DNA of 20,168 bases from Myxococcota bacterium (GCA_040752415.1 JBFMGU010000197.1:1-20168); one strand, 5' to 3'; positions 7,373-16,826 are shown, numbered from the stretch's first letter. Notes: generated by a model not told the origin, from the sequence alone. Made by a program: numbers and translations.

Positions 7373-8572
7373 TTACGTCGTGGCGCGACGAGGTACCGCC
7401 ACCACCGCCATGGCCCCCGCGCTCACCAACCCCAGCACCAGCATCACCGCCCACGTCACAGGACCGCCGAACGCCTCGAGAATGGCGGTGCCCAGCCACG
7501 GCCCAAAGCTGAACGCCACGCCGAACGCCATGGTGTACATGCCCATGTACTGGCCCTGTCGCTCCGTCGGCGCGGCCTCGGCGACGTAGGCGCTCATGCC
7601 GGGGAACAGGATCATCTCCCCGAAGGTCCACACCACCACGGTGAGCATGGCGTGCAGCGGGGTCTGCACCAGCGCAAACGCCCCGAATCCCAGGCCGCAC
7701 AGCACACAGCCCAGCGCCAGGCTCCGTCGGTGGGACCAGCCGGACATGGCCGCGTTCACGCCCACCTCGAGGAGGACGATGAGCACCGTGTTGACGGTGA
7801 ACATGCTGCCGTAGATGGCCTCCGACATGCCGAGGTGCCGCACCAGGTACACCGGCAGCGCCGCTTCATGCTGGAAGAACACCACCGCCACCGGCACCAT
7901 GCTGAGGAGGAAGGCCAGGAAGCGAAGGTCCTTCCACGCGCCGCCCGTCGGAGAAGTGGCCTTTTCCGTCGTGACCTTTCGTTCCACGCGCGGGCCGCGA
8001 AGAAACGCAAAGACAATGACCCCGGCCAGAAGCGACGAGATTCCGTTCCCCACGAAGAGCCACGTGAAGGAGACGGTGGCCAGGAACCCGCCCAGCGCCG
8101 GGCCCAGGCTCATACCCAGATTGACCGCAAGCCGGTTCAACGCGAACGCCTGACGACGCATCTCCGGCGGTGCAATCAACGTCACGAGCGCGAGGTTGGC
8201 GGGTCGGAAGGCCTCCATCACCGCCGCGGTGACCACGGTCATCACCAGGATGGTCGGCAGGTCGTGCGCGAGCGGAAAGGCCATGAGGAGCCCGCTGGAG
8301 AGCACCAGGCTCATGCGCTGCACCCGCAACGCGCCAAGCCGGTCCGCCAACGCTCCCGCGACGAGGGCCGCCACCACCGCCGTGACACCCCATACCGCCA
8401 GCACCATGCCCGCGGTGCTGGGCGAGAGTCCGCGCGCGCCCGTCAGGTAGAGCGCCATGAAAGGCAACACCATGGTGCCCATGCGGTTGACCAGGTTGGC
8501 GGCGGCGAGAATCCACATCTCGCGCGGAAGCCCGACGAGGCTGCGCCACGGATTGAAGCGGGAGGTCAACAT
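7373..8572 (-). CDS. MFS transporter (MdtH-like efflux type)
   Basis: About 12 hydrophobic segments; motif A variant GALADRLGALR; LGPALGGFL; APTERQGQYMG. Confidence 0.93.
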   Translation of the reverse strand: MLTSRFNPWRSLVGLPREMWILAAANLVNRMGTMVLPFMALYLTGARGLSPSTAGMVLAVWGVTAVVAALVAGALADRLGALRVQRMSLVLSSGLLMAFPLAHDLPTILVMTVVTAAVMEAFRPANLALVTLIAPPEMRRQAFALNRLAVNLGMSLGPALGGFLATVSFTWLFVGNGISSLLAGVIVFAFLRGPRVERKVTTEKATSPTGGAWKDLRFLAFLLSMVPVAVVFFQHEAALPVYLVRHLGMSEAIYGSMFTVNTVLIVLLEVGVNAAMSGWSHRRSLALGCVLCGLGFGAFALVQTPLHAMLTVVVWTFGEMILFPGMSAYVAEAAPTERQGQYMGMYTMAFGVAFSFGPWLGTAILEAFGGPVTWAVMLVLGLVSAGAMAVVAVPRRATT

Positions 8573-8584
8573 GCAGGCGCGCCG

Positions 8585-8593
8585 ACGCTACCA
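8585..8593 (-). promoter_or_regulatory. Putative extended -10 promoter (TGgTAGCGT) for the MFS gene
   Basis: TGnTAnnnT motif ending 12 nt before the ATG at 8572; no RBS visible. Confidence 0.45.
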
Positions 8594-8598
8594 CGCCC

Positions 8599-9219
8599 TC
8601 ACGCGCGCAGGAGCGACACCACGGCCCAGAGCGAGAATCCCAGCAGCACCACGCCGGAAACGCGGTTCACCCACTGCAGGTGCGTCCTCGTGACGCGCTC
8701 ACGGAACACACTGACGCCGCCGCTGAGCATGAGCCACCACGCCGCGCTGCCCACGAGCACCCCCACGACGAGGAACACGGCCGCGGAGATGCTGCCCGCG
8801 CCCGCGCCAATCCCCAGCGCGGCGAACATGGCGGCGAAGGAGAGGATGGTGGCGGGATTGGTGACGGTGAGCAGGAAGGTCGAGGCCCACGCGCCCAGCA
8901 GCGACGAGCCCGATGCGTTGGCCTCACGCTCCGCCGGTGCGCGCTGCAGCGTTCGCACGCCCATCCAACCCAGGTACACCGCGCCCACGGCCTGCATGAG
9001 TTGTTGTTGCTGCACGAGCGTGTCGGAGACGGCGGTGAGGCCCAGGCCGGCCACCAGGCCATACATCGCGTCGGCGGTGGCGGCGCCCATGCCGCACGCC
9101 AATCCGTGACGACGTCCTTCCGCCAACGTGCGACGGATGCACAGGATGCCAATGGGTCCCACCGGCGCAGCGACGGAGAAGCCGAGCACGAGGCCCTTGA
9201 TGAGCAGCTCGAGCTCCAT
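8599..9219 (-). CDS. LysE/RhtB family translocator
   Basis: GFSVAAPVGPIGILCIRRTL..G...G.GAATADA.YG and TFLLTVTNPATILSF motifs. Start ATG 9219 is 7 bp after the xdhB stop. Confidence 0.93.
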   Translation of the reverse strand: MELELLIKGLVLGFSVAAPVGPIGILCIRRTLAEGRRHGLACGMGAATADAMYGLVAGLGLTAVSDTLVQQQQLMQAVGAVYLGWMGVRTLQRAPAEREANASGSSLLGAWASTFLLTVTNPATILSFAAMFAALGIGAGAGSISAAVFLVVGVLVGSAAWWLMLSGGVSVFRERVTRTHLQWVNRVSGVVLLGFSLWAVVSLLRA

Positions 9220-9226
9220 CAGCGCG

Positions 9227-11596
9227 TCACGTGGCGGCAACCACCGTCGAAGGACGCGCGGCGGTCTTCGCAACCCGCGTGGCCTTGGCGTGCTCGACGG
9301 CGCGCAGGATCGACTCCGGCGTAGCGGGCAAGCGCAGCTCCACCTCGGTCCCGGCGTCGGCGAACGCGCCCACCGCGTGTCGCAGCGCACCAATGACACC
9401 GATGGCCAGCATCAACGGCGGCTCACCCACGGCCTTGCTCCCGTGGATGACACCGTCCTGCGGCGCGCGCTCCAGCAGCGACACGCGGAAGTCCTCCGGC
9501 GCCTCGCCCACCGCGGGGATCTTGTACGTCGAGGGGGAATGCGTGAGCAGCCGTCCCTTGGCGTCGAAGAGAACCTCCTCGCAGGTGAGCCAGCCAAGCC
9601 CCTGGATGAACGCGCCTTCCACCTGCCCGCGGTCGATCGTCGGGATCAGCGAGTCGCCCACGTCGTGGAGCACATCCGCGCGCAGCACGCGGTGCTCGCC
9701 GGTCAGCGCATTGAGCTCCACCTCACACACCGCCGCGCCATAGGCGAAGTAGTAGAACGGCGTGCCCTTCCCCGCGGCGCGGTCGTAGCCGATGCCCGGC
9801 GTGCGGTAGTAGCCCGTCGACGAGAGCGAGACCTGCGCCACGTACGCCGCGGCGGCCACCTTCTCGAACGTGGTCTCCTTGTCCGTGCCCGGCAGGAACA
9901 CGCGTCCGTTCTCGAACACGATCTTGTCGGCGTCACCATTGTGCAGCCCCAGCAGCTTGGCGGCGATGGGGCGCATGCGCTCACGGATGGTGTGGCACGC
10001 CTCCTTCACGGCCTGCCCGTTGAGGTCGGAGCCGCTGGATGCCGCGGTGGCGGAGGTGTTGGGCACCTTGTCGGTGGCGGTGTTCATCACGCGGATGCTC
10101 TCGACGGGAACACCCAGCTCATGCGCGCACACCGCCAGCATCTTGGAGTGGAGCCCCTGCCCCATCTCCGTGCCGCCATGGTTCATCTGCACGCTGCCGT
10201 CGGCGTAGACCAGCACCAGCGCGCCCGCCTGGTTCAGCATGGTCATGGTGAACGAGATGCCGAACTTCACCGGCGAGAACGCAATGCCCCGCTTCACGTG
10301 TTTGTGCGTGGCGTTGAACTGCTCCACCGCCGCCTTCCGCTTGGTGTACTCCGACGAGGCCAACAACTCGTCGCAGATGCGCGGCATGCGGTTGTCCTTC
10401 ACCACCTGCGTGTACGGCGCAACGTTGCGCGGCGCGTCCCCGTAGAAGTTCCTGCGTCGCAGCTCGGCGGGGTCCAGCTTCAGGCGCTCCGCCGCGCGGC
10501 TCATGATCTCCTCGATGACCAGCATCCCCTGCGGACCACCAAAGCCGCGGAACGCGGTGTTGGACGGCAGGTTGGTCCTGGCCACGTAACCCTCGAGATG
10601 GACGGCGGGCAGGTAGTAGCAGTTGTCGATGTGGAAGAGCGCGCGGTCCAGGATGGCCAGCGAGAGGTCCGCGCTCCAGCCGCCATTGGCGGTGACACGT
10701 GCGCGCAGGCCCAGGATGGTCCCGTCGGCGGCAAACGCGGCGCGGTAGCGCGTGAGGAACGGGTGGCGCTTTCCCGTGGTGATCATGTCCTGGTCACGGT
10801 TGAGCCACACCTTCACCGGTCGACGCGTGTGATGCGCCCCCAACGCCGCCAACGCCGCGAAGTGCGCGGCCTGGGTCTCCTTGCCACCAAAGCCGCCGCC
10901 CATGCGCGGGCACTCCACCACCACCGCGCTGCGCGGCGTGTGCAGGATCTCCGCGACCTTGGCCTGCACCTCGGAAGGATGCTGCGTCGACGAGACGATG
11001 TGCCACGTCCCGTTCTCGAGCGGCGTGGCCAGCGCGGCGTGCGTCTCCAGGTAGAAGTGGTCCTGCCCGCCGCACTCGCTCTCCCCCTCCAGGATGAGCG
11101 CCGCGTCCTTGAACGCAGCATCCACGTCGCCACGCCGGATGACGTGCGGCGCGCCGATGAACGCGTTGGCCGCTTCCGCCTCCGGGATGGTGAGGATGGG
11201 CTTCAGCTCCTCGTACTCCACCTTCACGGCGGCCAGGGCCTTGCGACACGCCTCCGGCGTCTCCGCCACCACGAGCGCCACGGCCTGTCCCACGCAGAAC
11301 ACCTCGTTCTCGGCGAGGAGCGGCTCGTCGGGGAGCGCGGGGCCAATCTGGTTGTGACCGGGGATGTCCTGGGCGGTGAGCACGGCCAACACGCCGGGGA
11401 TGGCGCGCGCCCCGGAAACATCCAGCTGCTTGATGCGACCACGCGCCACCGGAGAGGACAGCACCTGCCCGTGCAGCATGCCCTTGGGAGGCGGCAGGTC
11501 GTCGACGTAGAGAGCGGCGCCGCTGACATGGCGATACGCACTCTCATGCAGGGCGGGACGATGCAGCGGGCTCTGGCTCATCGGGCTTTCTCCCAT
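9227..11596 (-). CDS. xdhB: Xanthine dehydrogenase molybdopterin-binding subunit
   Basis: HESAYRHVSGAALYVDD, QDHFYLE, GGGFGGKETQ, AFRGFGGPQG, SKAVGEPP. Start is 11596 (TGATG overlap with xdhA) or 11581. Confidence 0.96.
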   Translation of the reverse strand: MGESPMSQSPLHRPALHESAYRHVSGAALYVDDLPPPKGMLHGQVLSSPVARGRIKQLDVSGARAIPGVLAVLTAQDIPGHNQIGPALPDEPLLAENEVFCVGQAVALVVAETPEACRKALAAVKVEYEELKPILTIPEAEAANAFIGAPHVIRRGDVDAAFKDAALILEGESECGGQDHFYLETHAALATPLENGTWHIVSSTQHPSEVQAKVAEILHTPRSAVVVECPRMGGGFGGKETQAAHFAALAALGAHHTRRPVKVWLNRDQDMITTGKRHPFLTRYRAAFAADGTILGLRARVTANGGWSADLSLAILDRALFHIDNCYYLPAVHLEGYVARTNLPSNTAFRGFGGPQGMLVIEEIMSRAAERLKLDPAELRRRNFYGDAPRNVAPYTQVVKDNRMPRICDELLASSEYTKRKAAVEQFNATHKHVKRGIAFSPVKFGISFTMTMLNQAGALVLVYADGSVQMNHGGTEMGQGLHSKMLAVCAHELGVPVESIRVMNTATDKVPNTSATAASSGSDLNGQAVKEACHTIRERMRPIAAKLLGLHNGDADKIVFENGRVFLPGTDKETTFEKVAAAAYVAQVSLSSTGYYRTPGIGYDRAAGKGTPFYYFAYGAAVCEVELNALTGEHRVLRADVLHDVGDSLIPTIDRGQVEGAFIQGLGWLTCEEVLFDAKGRLLTHSPSTYKIPAVGEAPEDFRVSLLERAPQDGVIHGSKAVGEPPLMLAIGVIGALRHAVGAFADAGTEVELRLPATPESILRAVEHAKATRVAKTAARPSTVVAAT

Positions 11597-13056
11597 CAGA
11601 CCTGCTCCAGTTGAACGGTGGCGGTGGGACGCTGCGGCAGCGCGGGCACGGGATCCTTCTGGGTCTCGACGAAGAATCCGCGCAGCAGGTTCTTCGCCAC
11701 GGTGGCGCGGTACCACGACGAGCCGCGGTGGTCGCTGATGGGCGCGAAGTCCTTGTCCAGCAGCAGCGCCGCCTCTTCCACCGTCTGCTCATTCCACGGC
11801 TTGCCCACCAGCGCCGCCTCCGTCTGACGTGCGCGCGCGGGCGTGGCCGCCATGCCGCCAAAACCCAGGCGCGCCTCCACCACCAGCCCACCTCCGTCGA
11901 CACGCACCAGGAAACCCGCCGCCACCGCGCTGATGTCCAGCTCGCGACGCTTGCTGACCTTGTACGCGCTGGCCCGCGCATCCGACGGAATGGGCGGCAC
12001 CAGCACCGCGGAGAGGAACTCCCCCTTCTGCAGCGCGGTCTTGCGGTAGCTGAGGAAGAACTCCTTGAGCGGAACCCGGCGCGTCCCATTCCTCGACGTC
12101 AGCTCCACGGATGCATCGAGCGACAGCAGCACCGGCGCCATGTCGCCAATGGGGGAGGCGTTGCACAGGTTGCCGCCCACCGTGCCGCGGTTCTTGATCT
12201 GCCGCGAGGCGAAGTAGCGCAGCATGCGGTGCACCGGCGGGAGCGGCATCTCGGTGAAGGCTTCCACGTCGGAGAGCGTGGCCGTGGCACCAATGCGCAC
12301 CGTCCCGTCGGAGAGCTTCTCCATCCGTCGCAGCTCCGGCACGCCCTCCACGGAGATGACCAGCGGCAGCTCCTGGTAGCGCTTGGTGACCTCGAGCGAG
12401 ACGTCGGTGCCGCCGCAGACGATGCGCGCCTCCGGGTGCTCCGCCAGGCGGGCGCCCAATTCCTCGACGGTGGTGGGCGTGAAGTAGCGCTGCGCACCGG
12501 CCTGGTAGCTGAGCTTCATGTCCGCGCGCGGGGCGTCCTTGAGTGCGACACGGAATTTGTCGTCGGGAAGTGTGCCGGCCACCTGCTTCGTGGCGTCCTT
12601 GATGGGTCGGTAGCCGGTGCAGCGACACAGGTTGCCGCACATCTGGTCGTCGAGCTTCCAGGGCTGGTCCAGGTCCTTGCGGTAGCAGGCCTCGAACATG
12701 GACATCACCACGCCGGGCGTGCAGTAGCCGCACTGGCTGCCCAAGGCCTGCACCAGGCTCTCCTGCGCGGGATGCGGCGCACCGCCCTGGGCAATCCCCT
12801 CGACGGAAACCACCTGCTTGCCCTGCAGCATGGGGAGCAGCACCAGGCAGCTGTTCACCGCGCGCCACGCCGGTCCGCCCTGCGCATCCGCGTCGAGGAT
12901 GGCCACGGTGCATGCGCCGCAATCACCTTCCGCGCAGCCTTCCTTGGTGCCGGTGAGACCCTGCGTGTAGCGGAGGTACTGCAGCAACGTCAGCGTGGGC
13001 GGGACCGAACGCTCCTCCACGACGCGACCATTGAGCGTGAAGCGGATGCAATCCAT
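11596..13056 (-). CDS. xdhA: Xanthine dehydrogenase small subunit (two [2Fe-2S] plus FAD)
   Basis: GTKEGCAEGDCGAC, QCGYCTPG, GNLCRCTGY, GGTD, IKNRGTVGGNLCNASPIGD, YKVSKRRELDIS. The domain begins at Met 13056. Confidence 0.96.
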   Translation of the reverse strand: MDCIRFTLNGRVVEERSVPPTLTLLQYLRYTQGLTGTKEGCAEGDCGACTVAILDADAQGGPAWRAVNSCLVLLPMLQGKQVVSVEGIAQGGAPHPAQESLVQALGSQCGYCTPGVVMSMFEACYRKDLDQPWKLDDQMCGNLCRCTGYRPIKDATKQVAGTLPDDKFRVALKDAPRADMKLSYQAGAQRYFTPTTVEELGARLAEHPEARIVCGGTDVSLEVTKRYQELPLVISVEGVPELRRMEKLSDGTVRIGATATLSDVEAFTEMPLPPVHRMLRYFASRQIKNRGTVGGNLCNASPIGDMAPVLLSLDASVELTSRNGTRRVPLKEFFLSYRKTALQKGEFLSAVLVPPIPSDARASAYKVSKRRELDISAVAAGFLVRVDGGGLVVEARLGFGGMAATPARARQTEAALVGKPWNEQTVEEAALLLDKDFAPISDHRGSSWYRATVAKNLLRGFFVETQKDPVPALPQRPTATVQLEQV

Positions 13057-13165
13057 GGGCGGCACCTTAACAGCACCCGCCGAGCGGAAAGTAGTGACGT
13101 CGCTTGACGCGTGGAGTCGAGACCGCCCCGGCCACCATCCGTTGCGGCCGCCTCCAACCTGGCCG

Positions 13166-13993
13166 TCAGCGTCGCAGCCGCCGCCGCACCACGACGAAGA
13201 ACGCGCCTGCCAGACCCGCCCATGCGGCCAGGGGCTCGGCATCGCTCGTCGTGGTGCAGGCGCAGGGCGGGACCAGCGGCGGGATGATCACCGGCTGCGT
13301 TGCGGTCCAGCCGGAGAAGTTGCCCGCCAGGTCATAGACGCCAAAGCGGAAGTCTCCCTTGACCAGCGGCCCGGCATTCCCCCACCCGACGTGGCAGTTG
13401 CCGTTGCCGAAGGAGAGCGTGTCTCCCTGGGTGACGCCGGAGACGGTGCCGGTGGCTTCCGCCACGTCGAGCGCGGAGGCCGCATCCAGGTCCCCCACGA
13501 CGACGAGCCCATCCGACTTCAACGTGAAGGTGGCCACGTTCACCGGCGCGGGTCCGCACGCCGGCTCGGGTCCGCTGATGAATCGCGTCTTCTCGACGGT
13601 GGGCTTGGCGGGATTGTCATTGTCCTCGTCGGAGCCGGTGGTGAACTGGAAGGTCTTCGAGCCTACGTGGATCTCGTAGGCGGTGTCGGGCTTGAGGGTT
13701 GCCGTCGGGGTGAAGACGGTGAAGAGCTCCTCCGGCCCGCTGAGCTGCCCCTGGGCTCCGCTCACCGGGTTGCCGGTGGCCTGCTCGGTGAGCGAGACGC
13801 CGGTGCGACCTCCGCCGGCGCGGAATCCCCCGGTGTGTCCGCCGCCCACCCAGATGCGCGTGTTGACGGGGACGCCGGTCTGTCCGTCGGACGGAGCCAG
13901 GAGCATGTTGCTGTGTGGCTCAGGGCACTCACAGGAGAACTGGGCGGGCATCCATGACGTCGTGAACAGGACCAGCTGGGGCAACCAGGGCAT
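13166..13993 (-). CDS. Ig-like (Big_5-type) domain protein with MYXO-CTERM-type sorting tail
   Basis: APSDGQTGVPVNT..VFTPTATLKPDTAYEI..FTTG Ig-like motif; C-terminal CAC + hydrophobic helix + RRRLRR; GGAG RBS. Confidence 0.85.
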   Translation of the reverse strand: MPWLPQLVLFTTSWMPAQFSCECPEPHSNMLLAPSDGQTGVPVNTRIWVGGGHTGGFRAGGGRTGVSLTEQATGNPVSGAQGQLSGPEELFTVFTPTATLKPDTAYEIHVGSKTFQFTTGSDEDNDNPAKPTVEKTRFISGPEPACGPAPVNVATFTLKSDGLVVVGDLDAASALDVAEATGTVSGVTQGDTLSFGNGNCHVGWGNAGPLVKGDFRFGVYDLAGNFSGWTATQPVIIPPLVPPCACTTTSDAEPLAAWAGLAGAFFVVVRRRLRR

Positions 13994-14078
13994 GCAGGCT
14001 CCGGGACGGGTGCGCCTCCCTTACCCCGTCCGCCGGTGGGTGTCGCCGGGAACAAGGTGGCGCTATCAAGCCGCGCTC

Positions 14079-15329
14079 ATGACGCCCAAGCTGCTGCTCC
14101 TGAACCTGTGCTTCCTGACGTCGTCACCCCTCCTGGCCGCGCAGGAGCCGTCCCCGGACATGCCCACCGAGGGGATGCAGGTCCGCGTGGTGACGCCGCG
14201 CGCCGCCACCACCGTGACGACGGAATCCGCGCCGCCGCCACCGGGCTGGGTCGAGGAGCACCTGCCCCGCGCGCTGGTGGAACCGGGCTTCCGCGGCTGG
14301 GCGCTGTGGCAATGGCTCGCGCTGCTCCCATTGCTCCTCGTCAGCTACCTGCTGGGACGGATGGTGACCTGGGTGGTGACGCGCGTGCTGGGCCAGGTGG
14401 CGCGTCGCACCGCCAGTGATCTCGACGACAAGCTCCTGCAGCACGCGCACGGCCCCCTGGTGCTGGCGCTGGGCGCGCTCTCGGCCATTGCGCTCCTGCC
14501 GCTGCTGCGCCTGCGGCCCACCTCCCATGACGCGCTCCACGACGCCCTCCGCAGCGGCATCCCGCTGGCGCTGGCCTGGGCGGTGCTGCGCTCCGTCGAC
14601 GTGTTCGTGGAGGGGCTGGCGCAGAACCCGTACATGGCCACGCGGCCAGCCATCCGCGCGCTGCTCCCCTTCAGTGGCCGGTTCCTCAAGGTTGTCGTCG
14701 TCATTCTCACCGTGGTGAGCGTGATCCAGGGGCTGGGCTACCCGGTGACCAGCCTGGTGGCCGGCCTGGGGCTCGGTGGCCTCGTCGTGGCTTTGGCCGC
14801 GCAGAAGACGTTGGAGAACTTCTTCGGCTCCATCTCGCTGGGCGTGGACCAGCCGTTCCGGCCCGGGGACTTCGTGAAGATCGACGACTTCCTGGGCACG
14901 GTGGAGGTGGTGGGCCTGCGCTCGACGAGGGTGCGGACGCTGGACCGCACGCTGATCACCATTCCCAACGGCAAGCTCGCCGACATGCGCACCGAGAACT
15001 TCTCCGTGCGCGACCGGATCCGCCTCAGCACCATCCTGGGCCTCACCTACGGCACCACCGCCGAGCAGCTGCGCGCCATCCTCACGGACGTGGAGGCCCT
15101 GCTGCGCGCGCACCCGCTGTTGCACCAGGATGACCTCACCGTGCGCTTCCGCGCGCTGGGGGCCTACTCGCTCGACGTGGAGGTGATGGCCTGGTTCAAG
15201 ACCACCGACTTCAACGCCTTCATGCGCATCCGCGAGGAGGTGCTGCTGGGCTTCATGGAGATCGTGGCGCGCCACGGCAGCTCTTTCGCCTTCCCCACGC
15301 AGACCAATCACGTGGTGATGCCCCGCTGA
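14079..15329 (+). CDS. Mechanosensitive ion channel, MscS family
   Basis: LVAGLGLGGLVVALAAQKTLENFFG, DQPFRPGDFV, GTVEVVGLRSTRVRTLDRTLITIPN, FAFPTQT; signal-like N-terminus from ATG 14079. Confidence 0.94.
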   Translation: MTPKLLLLNLCFLTSSPLLAAQEPSPDMPTEGMQVRVVTPRAATTVTTESAPPPPGWVEEHLPRALVEPGFRGWALWQWLALLPLLLVSYLLGRMVTWVVTRVLGQVARRTASDLDDKLLQHAHGPLVLALGALSAIALLPLLRLRPTSHDALHDALRSGIPLALAWAVLRSVDVFVEGLAQNPYMATRPAIRALLPFSGRFLKVVVVILTVVSVIQGLGYPVTSLVAGLGLGGLVVALAAQKTLENFFGSISLGVDQPFRPGDFVKIDDFLGTVEVVGLRSTRVRTLDRTLITIPNGKLADMRTENFSVRDRIRLSTILGLTYGTTAEQLRAILTDVEALLRAHPLLHQDDLTVRFRALGAYSLDVEVMAWFKTTDFNAFMRIREEVLLGFMEIVARHGSSFAFPTQTNHVVMPR

Positions 15330-15336
15330 GGGCACG

Positions 15337-15345
15337 TGCTAGCGT
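15337..15345 (+). promoter_or_regulatory. Putative extended -10 promoter (TGcTAGCGT)
   Basis: TGnTAnnnT motif upstream of the GGAGG RBS of the gene at 15372. Confidence 0.45.
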
Positions 15346-15371
15346 GAGGCCACCCCGTCCGGGAGGAACGC

Positions 15372-15695
15372 ATGACCCTGAAGGGCCCACGCCTGCTCGC
15401 CCGACTGGCCCCGCTGCTGGTCCTGTGCGCGCTGGCGGCGTGCACCGACGGGGATGGCAGCCTGGACGGCGGTCCGGACGCGGGCGCGCCGGATTGCGTG
15501 CGGGCGGGCGGGCAGCTGGACTGCTCCGAGATGTGCTCGAGCTATTGCGCCAAGCTGGTCCGGTGTGGTGTGCAGTCGGGCGGCAGCTCCTGCACCGAGG
15601 ACTGCCGGACCCTCACCGAGGCGGGCGCCTCCACCGAGAGCTACCAGTGCGTGATCGACAAGACCTGCTCCGAGATCTCCAACTGCGGCATCTGA
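15372..15695 (+). CDS. Cys-rich lipoprotein
   Basis: Lipobox LAAC; CxxxCxxxC and CxxxC spacing in the mature part; GGAGG RBS. Confidence 0.85.
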   Translation: MTLKGPRLLARLAPLLVLCALAACTDGDGSLDGGPDAGAPDCVRAGGQLDCSEMCSSYCAKLVRCGVQSGGSSCTEDCRTLTEAGASTESYQCVIDKTCSEISNCGI

Positions 15696-16558
15696 CCCTG
15701 GCGGCGCTGCTGCTGGCCTCGCTCCCGGCGCGCGCCCAGGAGACGCCTCCCGCCGGCGCTGCTCCGTCGTCGACGGAGACCCCCGCCGACCCGCGCCCCC
15801 GCGTGCTGGTGCTGCCCTACCGCGTGGACCCGCGCGTGCCCGTGGAGCCCGCCACCGCCGACGCCATCCTCGTGGCGCGCATGAGCAAGGTGGGCTCCTT
15901 CAAGATCATCAGCGAGCAGGAGCTGGCACGCGTGGCCGGCTATCACGCGCAACAGATGCAGCTGGGCGTCAGCGAGGACGTGGAGGGGCTCCTCCAGCTG
16001 GGTCGCATGGCGCAGGCGGACCGCCTGGTGAGCGGCACGCTGGGCGACGTGGGCGGCACCACCGCGGCCACGCTGGTGTTCATCAACGTCCACACCGCCG
16101 AGGTGGAGAAGCGCGTCTCCGGCACCGCCAAGGGCGAGCGCGACCTCATCCTCCCGCTGCTCAACCAGCAGGCCGACGCCATGCTGGCGCACATGATCCG
16201 CACCTACGGCGCCACGGCGGAAGGTCCCAAGCCCGCACCGCAGGCCTCCGCCGCGCCCGCACCGGCTCCCACCGCCGCGCCCGTTTCCGACGAGAAGAAG
16301 GCCACGGCCCCCAAGGCGCGCGTCGGGGTTTCGCCGTTCGTGGCGCTGGCGTCGTCGGCGTTCACGGGTGGGCTGGGATTCGCGCTGTCCACGTTCATTG
16401 CTGGCGCGCTCATCTACTGGTTCGCCCCCGGCCTGCGCCCGACGGTGGAGCAACCCGGCCCGCTCGCGGTGTTCGGCATTGCCGGCGGCGTGGCCACGCT
16501 GGCCGTGCTCATCAGCGGCGTGGCGCTGCTGGCCGCGCTGATCATCGACAACGCCTGA
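15647..16558 (+). CDS. Exported protein with CsgG/TolB-N-like alpha/beta domain, Pro/Ala linker and C-terminal hydrophobic hairpin
   Basis: Signal LTLAALLLASLPARA|QE; RVLVLP..FKIIS..LGRMAQADRLVSGTLGDVG..LVFINVHTAEV. Start uncertain; the nearest canonical start is GTG 15647. Confidence 0.78.
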   Translation: MRDRQDLLRDLQLRHLTLAALLLASLPARAQETPPAGAAPSSTETPADPRPRVLVLPYRVDPRVPVEPATADAILVARMSKVGSFKIISEQELARVAGYHAQQMQLGVSEDVEGLLQLGRMAQADRLVSGTLGDVGGTTAATLVFINVHTAEVEKRVSGTAKGERDLILPLLNQQADAMLAHMIRTYGATAEGPKPAPQASAAPAPAPTAAPVSDEKKATAPKARVGVSPFVALASSAFTGGLGFALSTFIAGALIYWFAPGLRPTVEQPGPLAVFGIAGGVATLAVLISGVALLAALIIDNA

Positions 16559-16624
16559 TCGTCCCCACCGTCGACGTCACGGGCTGAGTCAAGGCAGATT
16601 GCCCATCTGGTCCTGATCACCTCC

Positions 16625-16826
16625 AGCGGACCACGACCTGAAGTGCGGCGGGCCCTCGCCGCCCTGGTCAGCGTCGAACGGTTTGGACAACCGTCAAGGC
16701 TCCACGCGCCACGAGACAACGCCTCGCCCGACATCATTGAGCCCAGGGCTGTTCGGCCCGCTGTGAACGCGCTTGACGCAGGCCAGGGCGGCGAGGGCCC
16801 GCCGCACTCCAGGTCGTGGCCCCGCT
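16625..16826. repeat. REPIN-like element: two inverted GGAG-type REP palindromes forming a long hairpin
   Basis: 16631-16667 and 16783-16819 are 37-bp inverted repeats with one mismatch. Each holds G(A/G)AGT-GCGGCG-GGCCCT-CGCCGC. Confidence 0.85.

Noticed and set aside
9128..13107. Long plus-strand ORFs (828 aa and 498 aa) antisense to xdhB and xdhA
   Set aside because: Shadow ORFs caused by GC3 bias of the sense genes; Arg/His/Gly-rich with no recognisable motif.
13683..14078. Extended N-terminus of the MscS ORF
   Set aside because: Overlaps the opposite-strand MYXO-CTERM gene; a signal-like sequence begins at ATG 14079.
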